Below, in pieces: positions 12,673-24,600 of a stretch of DNA of 64,000 bases. Within the stretch, counting starts at the first letter, position 1, and each line of letters begins with the position of its first letter. Location: contig NC_092678.1 of the NCBI RefSeq assembly GCF_964355755.1, positions 16,845,881 to 16,909,880 on the forward strand, written 5' to 3'. Origin of the DNA: Antedon mediterranea (Eukaryota; Animalia; Echinodermata). A program made the position numbers and the translations under genes. The notes under the pieces were generated by a model. The model saw nothing but the letters and a program-made list of their open reading frames with translations, made no database searches and had not been told where the DNA came from.

Positions 12673-15600
12673 CTACTGTTTCCCTGCAAACCTCTCTTTT
12701 AACTTTTCTGCCTGTGTTGCATCTATTTTGCTAAACAGAGGTGATGGCTGAAATAAAAAAAAATGTTTACTTTGATTCGGAACCTATTTTTGTTTGTAAC
12801 TACTGTGAAGTAGCTTACGTCAGGGTATTGAGTAATTGGTCATATGTTGGTGCAGTACCCGCTGGCATTATTTTTTTCCTACGCAATTAAGGCAGAAGTC
12901 ATGAATAATTCATTAGAATAAGTATGACATTATAGAGGCGCTATATAAGCGTTCAGAGAGATTTTAATAATTTGTGAAAAAACATGTTTTTGTTTAATAG
13001 TTGAGAGAGAATATTTAGAAGGTTAGGTTTAGTATATTTAGGAAGTATATATCAGTTGTGTTGCAATTCTTTATAATAGAAAATAATTAAGGTAATGAAT
13101 TTTTCATGATTTTGCCTTAATTGCATAGGATAAAAATAATGCCAGCCTGAATGTACTTAATATAATAATAATAATAATATAAAATACAAATTACGTCAGA
13201 GAAGGGCAAAGAAATTATACATATACAACTTGTTTTAATCAATTTTTGTTTTCCAAATTATATTGTAATTTAATTGTTTTCATTATCTAGGTCAAGAAAA
13301 CCAACAATTTTAGTAGTGGCATTTTATTTTCCAAAGTAATGTTTACATTTTAAGACTAGTGGCATACAAATAAAGTCTCTCTGTGAGGAGTAGAACAACG
13401 GACGATGGGATGGATATTTTGATGTTAGGGAGAAAAATATTGCACAACATTTAATCCATGTGGTAGACCTAGAGATAATCTAAATATAAATCAAAATCAA
13501 AAAAAAAAAAAATTTAGTAGTAGTAGTCAAAGGGACAATACATCTTTAAGCAAAAGACTAAATCAAAAAGTAAAGTAAGTTATAAAAAAAAATTCCAGGC
13601 TTTGGATAACACCAATCCTTCGCCAGCAAAAGTAAGAAAATAAGGCAGACAATAGCTGTGTATAATAGTATAAGTATGTAATCCAAAGGCAAATTACAGA
13701 AAAAATGACTTTGCTGTGGATATCAGTATACCACGTATATAAATATGACTGTTGAAAAAAGAGCCTACCTTTCCTATTTTATGTCCAGGTTGAAGGTAAC
13801 ACACAAACTTCTCACTGAGATAGTTCGAGAAGCTGGTTGCCGCCAACTGTTCCTGTATTGTCTGGCTTACACTTGGCATGTAAGGGTGCAACATAACAGA
13901 TATCAGATAGCTAATGTTTGCAGCAATACCTGTAACAGTTCCAGCTTTCACTCTGAAATGCAAATTTTGAGATGATTAAAATTCATCATATATTTATAAG
14001 TTTGAAATTAAATGTCTTAATTTAAAACCTTTCTTACTTACCTATGTTCTGCTATTACCGGTATATGAAAAAAAACTGAATATTAATAATAAACAAAATA
14101 TAATATATGAAACGTTTTAGTTAGCTTCACTTGCCTATCTTCTTCTTTCTTAGTTTTCATGAGATCCCAAGGCTTGTTAGCTTGGAGGTGATGGTTACCA
14201 ATGCGAGAAATAGATAGGATCTGACGAAGTGCATCTCGGATCCTATAGGAAAACCAAACATTAAAACAGATTTAAAATGTAAAAGAGTTATCACCATTAA
14301 TAGATATAACTGAATAAATGTATTTTATACTATAATTACTTTACAACTCAAAGGTACATCAGTGTACATCTAGACCCTATCAAACTAGTTTGACAAAGTA
14401 TGATGTTCCCAACTATGGTAGTGATATGACGTCATCGTGTCCATGGGAACACTTATTTTTGTCACAGAAAGTTTGATATTGTAGACAGAGCTTTAGATTG
14501 TTTTTAGCAAGTTTACACATTTTTTCGAAGAAACAATATTTGAATAGCTTGAAGCCGCGGTATTTTAGATCTTTGCGCAGTCACTCCATGAATGGGTTTG
14601 TCACGACCACAACTACATGGTTGGTAATGACATCATCAACTGCAAATGACAGAGCTCATTATGCTTGTTTTTTATACTGAGCACATGGTTGACCACTGGC
14701 TGAGTCGTTCAGGTATGGGTTTACACCGGTAATATTTTTTCCAAAGACATTCTCTGAAAATCCGAGAGATGGCGTTTAAGGGAACATTATTATGAATATG
14801 CATAATGTTTCACCTGCTTTGCGTTGGCCCTCTGAATAAACTTTTTAATACGCTTTCCGTCGAGCCGTCTGTGAAGTCGAATGGATTAGATTATGGGCTT
14901 TGCATGTGGTTGTATGGGGTTCAAATCCCATGACTAACTTTTTTTACTTCATAGTCAGAGATTATTTAGACAGTTAGATTTAGTTATATTTAGGAAGTAG
15001 TTCGGCTATCTTTCACGTATCTTTCAGAGAAAGTCCTTCGGAAAAATATGTACGAACACCAGTAACGGTATAAAGATCTCTGTTCTGAAATATGGTATCT
15101 AATTAGCTGTACTTATTGAATGTACTTACTTGACTTTTTCTAGAAGCTCAATATAAATCTTAAGTTCCTGTGTGACCGAGACAATTACATTTTTATCCTC
15201 ATCACTCAGAACCATATCTGGGACGACACTGTCAAAATTCTTTTCCAGAAATATTAGACCTCTGTGCATCGACAAAAAACAAACAGAGAATAAATTTTCC
15301 AAAAGAAGATTATTTTTTCACTTTAAGGAACTTTCCACCAAGGAGTGATTTTGAACCTTCTTGTGAATACCAAGTTTACAGCCGGCAGTTTAATTAGGCC
15401 ATGGATTTTATGAGCAGTGACACACACTGTACAGTAACAAAAACCACAAAAAATAACAATACCATACTGTACCTGTTCACAAAGTTTCCGAGATTGTTTA
15501 GCAGTTCAGTGTTATTCTTCAGAACAAAATCTGTCCAGCTGAATGCACTATCTTGAGATTCTGGACGAATGTACAGAAGGTAAAAACGCCATATGGCTGG

Positions 15601-18600
15601 AGGAATGCCAGTGTTGCAAACATCGGAACCGAAAACACCGATGCCTCTGCTTTTCGAAAATTTGCCGTCTTCGTAATTCAGGTACTCTGGAAAACCAACA
15701 GAAAGGCTAAAGTACGTCTTTTTAAAATCTTTCATTCAATCTTTTATTTCGAAATCTCTGGTCCATAGAAAGTAAAATTACATATAAAAACTAATACTCA
15801 TCTCAGGATGGAATTCTACCTGGAGAGCATCTTTGACTTACATAAGACGTTGCCTATAATCGTGGCATTCCACCTGGAGAGCATCTTTGACTTACATAAG
15901 ACGTTGCCTATAATCGTGGCATTCCACCTGGAGAGCATCTTTGACTTACATAAGACGTTGCCTATAATCGTGGCATTCCACCTGGAGAGCATCTTTGACT
16001 TACATAAGACGTTGCCTATAATCGTGGCATTCCACCCGGAGAGCATCTTTGACTTACATAAGACGTTGCCTATAATCGTGGCATTCCACCTGGAGAGCAT
16101 CTTTGACTTACATAAGACGTTGCCTATAATCGTGGCATTCCACCTGGAGAGCATCTTTGACTTACATAAGACGTTGCCTATAATCGTGGCATTCCACCTG
16201 GAGAGCATCTTTGACTTACATAAGACGTTGCCTATAATCGTGGCATTCCACCCGGAGAGCATCTTTGACTTACATAAGACGTTGCCTATAATCGTGGCAT
16301 TCCACCCGGAGAGCATCTTTGACTTACATAAGACGTTGCCTATAATCGTGGCATTCCACCCGGAGAGCATCTTTGACTTACATAAGACGTTGCCTATAAT
16401 CGTGGCATTCCACCCGGAGAGCATCTTTGACTTACATAAGACGTTGCCTATAATCGTGGCATTCCACCTGGAGAGCATCTTTGACTTACATAAGACGTTG
16501 CCTATAATCGTGGCATTCCACCTGGAGAGCATCTTTGACTTACATAAGACGTTGCCTATAATCGTGGCATTCCACCTGGAGAGCATCTTTGACTTACATA
16601 AGACGTTGCCTATAATCGTGGCATTCCACCTGGAGAGCATCTTTGACTTACATAAGACGTTGCCTATAATCGTGGCATTCCACCTGGAGAGCATCTTTGA
16701 CTTACATAAGACGTTGCCTATAATCGTGGCATTCCACCTGGAGAGCATCTTTGACTTACATAAGACGTTGCCTATAATCGTGGCATTCCACCTGGAGAGC
16801 ATCTTTGACTTACATAAGACGTTGCCTATAATCGTTGAGACTAAAACATTTTCAATTGAGTCTATATTATAGTTTTGTACAAAAAAATTCACAAAACATA
16901 TGCGATCATTATTAATACCATTATTTCAGATTTCCTTTAACGATGTTGGACTTTAAGGAACTTTTTGTTAAAACTTATGCATTCAAGATCTTTCCATTCA
17001 ACGTGACCATCTTGTGAACATTTTATTTTTTACGCAATTTGTGTCTTTCATTAATTGTGTACATACATTATATTTTGTTAAGAAGAAAATTGAAGAAGAT
17101 AGACTGCGAATGCCTGAAGAAGCATTCATTTGAAATGGTGTTATTCATTTGTACACATTGTAGTCAACTTTACCTGTGGCAATCAGATTATTGACGAGTG
17201 TCCAGTCTTCATCAGTACCTAGTAGGGAGCATGGAAAAATGACACTGTGGAACGGGACATTATCTTTTGCCATGAAATTGTACAGTTCGACCTGAGAACA
17301 ACATTATAATATAATATTTTACAAAGTTGAATCATCTACTGCTGCGACGTACGCCAAACAAAAAATGGTGTCTACGTCACCGTGCTTACATTTATGATGA
17401 ATAAAATAAGTTATATATTTACAAGAGTACAGTCAAACTTATACAAAAAAAATAGAATAAAGACTATTTTATTATTTTTTAATTATCCACGCCATATCAA
17501 AATAATGCTATAAACATTTAAAATTATTTATTTAGCAAGATATAGTTACTGAAAATTACCTCTTTTGGATTTTTCCACCATTTCTCCCAATCATCGGTAT
17601 AATTAGCTGTGATCGATGGATATCCAATAGGAGCATCAAACCAAACATAGAATACTTTATCCTTAAACCCTTCAAGAGGTACAGGAGTACCCCATTTCAG
17701 ATCTCTGGTGATACACCGGGGCTTCAGTCCGTCACGAATCCAAGAGTTGGTGATTTGTTTAGCATTTTGGGTCCAGTCGCCTTCATTTATAGACTTGTCT
17801 AGGAACTTCTCCAGTGTTGGTTGAAGTTTTGGCAAGTCGAGAAACAGGTGTTTTGAGGAACTGATAACAGGAGAACTATTGCACACTTTACATCGTGGTT
17901 TCTATAAAATAAACAAATCTGCATTTCGAATTTAATGCTCAGTAAATTAATTTTTACTAAACACACTCGTTAAAAGGAAATACAGCCACATCCACAACAC
18001 GTTGAAAGACCGGTTATCGTCAGATCAACGAAGTTGAGTAAGGTTGGGGCCGATTAGAGCTTCGGTGGGAGACTTGAAATATCGGGCGTTGTATAATAAA
18101 TGAAGATGGGGTCCCATCGGGCATTTGAAACCAGCACTGCTGACTCGTATATCAGCCCTTGTATCTAGTATCTATCTCAGACATATTTGCTTATGCTGCA
18201 TTTCGTCTGGTCAAGGCAGCAGGCACAGGATGAGAGAACCTTTTGATGAATGATAGGACCAATCAACTTTATACAGTCATTCGGGCGTAGTTTCATCCAT
18301 GACTAATCTAACATTGTCGTTCGCGACAGACGTCGGTCAAAGGCAAATTCAAAAGTCCGGCCAGGGTCTAGTAAAAACAAGCACTTGAAATGCTGTTAAA
18401 ATGGTTGGAAAAGTTTAAACTAAACATCTTTAGAAATGGCCTACAATAGCAAAGTCAGATTGTGGTTTGGTTTTTAATTTGATTCTTAAATTAAACATAA
18501 TAATTCTTAGTTTTGTTTATAATTTATATTAATATTTCCTCACCTTTAGTTCAGTGGCATTGATTAGTTTTCCGCATTTGTCGCATTGGTCTCCACGTGC

Positions 18601-21600
18601 ATCTTCATAGTTGCACAATGGACAAGTGCCCTCTACGAACCTGTCTGCTAGGTATCGGTTGCATGTTTCACACAGAAGCTGTTCAACCGTATCTTCTAGC
18701 AGAAAATTGCGCTTGTGAAGACGCCAAAATATGTCTTGCGCAATTCTAGAATATACGGTATGTTAACAAAAAACATTTTAAAATTAAGTAATAATTTTAA
18801 AACTATCTTAACTGTTCTGTAATAATCACATGACATTTGCTCAGCTTGTATTAATTAGTATTAATATTATTTTAAATGATTAACATTTCGTTAAGTTTTG
18901 CGCTAGAGAATCTGTTTCATTAAAATGTATTATTCATGACCTTTGACTTTTGATCACACTTACTCAGTTTGTTTTTCTGTAGTGGTTCTTCCAAAGTAGT
19001 CAAATCCAATATTAAACCATTGATACACATCACGGTGTAACTTAAAGTACTTGTCGCAAATCTGTTGCGGTGTAAGTTTCTCTTCCAATGCTTTTGTTTC
19101 TGTTGCCGTGCCATACTCATCAGTACCACATATGTACAATGTATTGTAGCCACGAAGTCTGCAGAATCTAATTCGAAAATATGAAGTAGTAGTTTTTAAA
19201 CGTTATGCTCCACCACGTGAGAATAACACTAAAGAAAATAGTAAGGACTAAAAAATATTACCTTGCATAAACGTCTGCACTCAAAACACAACCGATAATG
19301 TTACCAAGATGAGGTACGTTGTTTACGTATGGTAGGGCGCTGGTGATGAGCACGTTACGCTGGTCTTTCCCGGGCAAGCTAAAAAGAAAATGCATATGAA
19401 TATGATATCAACAATACAAGTTATTAAATCACCATTCAGAAATATATGTAAAGGGTCTTTCACACCTGTTCCGGCACGGTTCTTGTCCGGCGAATCGAAC
19501 GCCAATGTTTTACTTTCACGACGCTCCACGTGGCTCTATGCTCTAATCAATAATATGCGCGTTGAGCCGCGTAAAAACGAAACATTGACGTTGTTCGATT
19601 GGATTTGCCAGCGCCGGACCGGAACCGTACAGGAACAGGTGCGAAAGATCCTTAACAGATTTCGACGAGAAGCAACATTTTGAGATTTTAAAAACTAAAT
19701 CTATATCTGTCTACAAGAATTTAGGTCTATGTTGCAGTTCTAAAAGTTGCAAAACAATATTAATAACTCTTCTCATAGTATTTATTTAAATGCTTGGCCA
19801 AAGCAATTTTTTTAATTAAAAAAATAATAAATGCATTCAAAGGAAAAGAATTTCGAATTTGAGATAACACGTAGGATTTATTTTATTACGGAGTTGAGCA
19901 TACGTTGATGTTGGCAACATTTAGGTGAAAGGTAATCGTGAAAAAAATTACTTCGATTCTAATTAAGCTGAAAGATCTTTGAAAAGGAAGTAGTAAATGT
20001 AGAACTGTACATAACTAAATCCAAAGCTCTTTAAAAGCACCGATGCTCCATTTTTAAAAGGATGACATCACACCTTTTAGCCAAGGCTATAGACTAGATT
20101 ATGATACCTACGTTGGCTTTTCTCTCACAGGATCTTTGGGCAGTTTATCTTCACCATGAAACCAATCATCAATAATCGAATCTTTTTCACCAGTCTGAAA
20201 AAAAATCATTAAAAAATAACATGTACTTATAGCTCCAAGTGTACACTGTTTTAAAACATTGTTAAAAAAAAAAGTTTTCTTTTCTCTAAGGAATAATTTA
20301 GATGTTCTATTTGTCTTTGTATTCTGCTCTAATTGCTCTAACTTTTTTTTGGAAAAGCCCTTTAACATTAAAAACATCGTCACGGAAAAGAAAGTTTATA
20401 TCGCTGACAGAAGCAATACAGAATTCATTATCAGAAATAATATCTCCAGTCTTTTCCTAGAATTTCTTAAACATTTTGAAATTTCTTTTCTTTTATATCA
20501 AACTTCAGTGTTTATTCCAAAGTTAGTAAAGTTAGTTTTGCGGTAGATTAGTGTTTTCAAAAGCAAATACAGCATGATTGAGGTTGTCCCGACGTTTGCG
20601 TTTTAATGCTATAACCGATTGTATCCATCCATTAATTATAACTTCAGACTAACTAAACATGATAGCGTTTACATTGACTGTCAACTTAACATACCAAAGT
20701 TTGAGCTTGAAGAGACTGTATGCACGCTGACACACCTTTGTTTCCGGTTATCTTAGCAACAGCAGACTGGAATGCAGAATTCTGGGATAGCTTATCAAAC
20801 CAGGCAGCCAAGTTGGAATAGACAGATTTAATAGTGGAATTTTCAGCAATAACTGGATACAGCGCCGACCAGATGACAATATCTGCTGCTGTTAGATCAG
20901 ACTGAAAAGACATTTGAATTTAGATTCAAATTATAAGAAACGCCATTTGATTGGTCAAAGTGAGAATCTAACAAAACATTTTTCCACACGACACTAGTGA
21001 CTTTCAGTGCAATATACACATTGTTATTATTTTATTATAATAATAAATATATGTTCTTTAAAAAAATATTTATAAGCTTACGTGTTGATAATTCAGCACA
21101 TAGGCCTAATCAATAACAATCACAAATCGATTGTTTACGGACAGATAACCAACTTACACCAACAAGGAAATGTTTCCCTTTCAATGCATGGTCGAGTTTG
21201 TCAAAGTAAGGTTTTAATGAGTCTGGATTTGTCTTGCTTCTAGATGTAGAGATTGCAAGATGAGGACTTACAACAAGCTATAGGAAAGATAATTAAACAT
21301 AAAAACATAAAATTGTAAAAACAATGTTGAAAGTAATAATAATAATCCGTTGCAAAGCAAATATTACTACTACGGCCAGCCAAGAATTCAAAGAAATCTA
21401 GGATTTCCTTTTTTTCATTTTAATTGGGCAATTTGAATGAAAACAATGGAATAATGTCTTTTAATATTTTTACTTTTTGTAGGTAAGCTTTGTAGAAAAC
21501 ATGAATTATTATAGTTATATTCAGCCACTGTCACACACAGCCACTGTGCAATAAGGACTGGGCCGTTTTAGAGGTGTTGGTCCCGATCCTTCACTAACAG

Positions 21601-24600
21601 AGTTAGGGAGAAGTTGAATAAATAAATAAGTATGCATTAGATGTGAAGTAAAAATTAACTTGACTGCAATAAAGCGAACGAGTGATTTTCTGTTGTCCTC
21701 TATATTTCATATTTCTTTAAAAGAATCAATTTATTGTGAAACAATTCTTAGGCAACATAAGGATTCTTGTTTTAGGGTTTATTGGTTAATTCATTTTGAT
21801 ACCTGTAATTGAGTTGACTCCCAATCCAGCCACTCTGTGACTTGCGCGTCATCTGTATCCTTTCCCGAGTTGGCAAGAAGATACCTGGAAAGACAACATT
21901 AGGGAGATTTAAAATGACCTTAGACATAGCTAGGCCAGGTCAATCGATGTATCTAGAAACAATAAAAACTGAGATGGGGAGCGAGGACACATGCCCCAAT
22001 ATCTGCGCATGCGCACAATGAATTAATGATTATGACATTGTTTGGTCGTCAGTCTTCGATCGTCGCAAATCGAAAACAACGAAATGTTTGGTTATCATTA
22101 GGAAGAGAATACTTCAAACTGTATGAAGAAAGTGTTGCCATTATCATTAGTTCACTGGTTGATTAATTAAATATATTGAATTATGTAATGGTATTTGACC
22201 GTATTCAACAATATGTTATTAAACATGTTTCTAATTTTAAACAAATATTTACCTGCAGATTTCATTTGATGAGAAGATAAAATCACCATTTGATAATTGC
22301 AGGAGAGGGAGCTTCTTACTCTTCAGAAATGGAGCAACTTGATCTGTGTGCGCAGACAAAAGGTCAAGTGTTAAAGTTTAGGGTAGAGCTAGCTGGGGTC
22401 AAATGTCATGTATACACATATTTTTAAAGTTGATATTGATCAATAAACATGTGATGAAGCTACAGTAGTTCATTTTTTAAAGAGGACATTGGGGAACGGT
22501 AGAGCAAGCCAAATGACATGCATCCATACGAATATATTACTGTTGAGGTCATGCTTATGTGAAGTTATACGCCCGTATTCTTAAACCGGACTTTAGTCGT
22601 AGTTCGAAGTTCGACTTGGAAAAGTTGTAGTTCGAGCTATTACTTCAAATTCGATTCAAAAACGAAGTAGTCGAAGTTTGCAGTTCGACTTAATGAAGTC
22701 GAGCTTTTAGTCGAGTTGCACACGTCTGGGTAACAAAGGCTATACATTGGCCAATGACAAGAGAGTATTTGAGGAGCAGACAAAATTTTGCGCATTGATA
22801 TCACTTTCCATTTCTTACATCACTTTTTACGCATCAAGACTATATACATGAAAAATAATTTTAATCGTTAATTATTAGAACAATATCTGTATTAATTTAA
22901 CAGTGAAGTATATTTGATTAACAACAAATAAAATCTTAAAAATATATTTAGGAACCATGGCGGTACGGTAACTTTTATATTTTCTAGGCCCCAACAAAGT
23001 ATGATCGCCACGAACCACGCACTTCATAGCGTGACAAGAAAGCGCTAGGCCCCCTAAACATTCCATCGCGTGGTGAATTGCCGCATCTCCCATTGTCGCT
23101 ATGGCGTGACGTAGCTCAAGTCGGACTTGCGCGAAGAAAATAATGTAATTTGTATACAGTTGTAAATAAAGATGATTTTCATTATTATAATTTATACCAA
23201 TGTATATTTAATTAAGCTAATATAAATATAGATATTTCATTCTTCAATATCTGGCCAATATAACAACTCTATGACTGTTACGTTTTTTTATAAACATCGT
23301 TTAAAAACCATTTAGTCGACCATTTAGTCTGCCCCCTCTAGGACTAAAAAATCGATCAAAATCCGTCTCGATTTAGTCGAGGTTGGCCTGATTTAGTCGG
23401 TAATTTAGTTGAAGTTCGGTTTATGAATTAAAATGACGTCATTTTTTTAGTTTTAGCTCGAACTACGACTAAAGTCCGGTTTAAGAATACGGGCGTTAGT
23501 TACTTATTCGGCGTAGAAAAGTAAAGCAAAGTCACTGAACTATAGTGGGGCACGATACAGCAAGGGTCATCCAACCATATTGTTTGTGAAGCGCTATAAA
23601 CGTAATATTCACGTAGTATTAACGGAAATATTTTGAAAATAATGTTGTAATAGTTGATAGAACACTTAGGTCAAGAATAATCTATACTGAAATAATTCAA
23701 AACGTATAGTACTAGTATACTTATTCGCTGTAGTGAGCGTAACTGCAAAAAAAAATCATCTATCCGTATAGGTCAGTAAAAGCTTGTTACATAATTAATT
23801 GTCTTTTTGAAATCAAATTTTCGTTTTTCATGAAGGTGAAAAATAAACGTTGAAACTTACCAACGTTTCGTGCGTTCCGTTAGCATCGCACTTTCTCAAG
23901 GTAGTGGTGTCTTGGTTTGGTTTGCTTGGTTTGCCGACACTGATCATGGCATAGTGTCGGCAAACCAAGCTGACACCACTACCTTGAGAAAGTGCGATGC
24001 TAACGCACGAAACGTTGGTAAGTTTCAACGTTTATTTTTCACCTTCATGAAAAACGAAAATTTGATTTCAAAAATATTTTGGGAAGGAGATGAATGTTTT
24101 CAATTTTAATTAATTGTCATTGTGTTAATAAACCAGTGTATACGTATAATAATTATTATAAATTGAATTTTGGTCGGAAGAAGTAGACTCCATGTGTAGC
24201 CTACATAACAACAGCTTTATTGAATTTGAATCAAGCGAATGGACTTATCGTTACAAATCATTTTTAGCACCCATGTCGTGTCATACTTGAATGTAAATGG
24301 AAGGTGGGAATTACCAGTTTTAAAAATAATCAAACGCTGGTGGCGCTACGTAAAAAGAAACAATAAACTAGAAACCTTGTGGTATGTCTGTATGTTCACA
24401 CTTTTACAAACAACATTAAAAACTTAGAGTTTTAATTCGTCATTTGACGAATTATACTTATGTGATCTTGAGAAATATATGAACTCAGCTTGATGGATGT
24501 AGGATTTGTATAAAGCCACGATCAAATAAAGTAAGTAGTGTACATGGTGTTTCTTAAACGTCTTTTTTAAGGTTTCATTTGTATTGTGAATAAGATAGAG

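Noticed and set aside
15808-16892. 354-aa (+) and 358-aa (-) ORFs as repeat proteins
   Set aside because: They arise because the 54-bp unit is a multiple of 3 and has a stop-free frame on each strand. They lie inside a MARS intron and show no synonymous variation or flanking gene structure.
17107-17150. CTGAAGA...GAAA as a further hammerhead
   Set aside because: No helix II between the core segments; the flanks pair with each other instead (gaatgc/gcattc).
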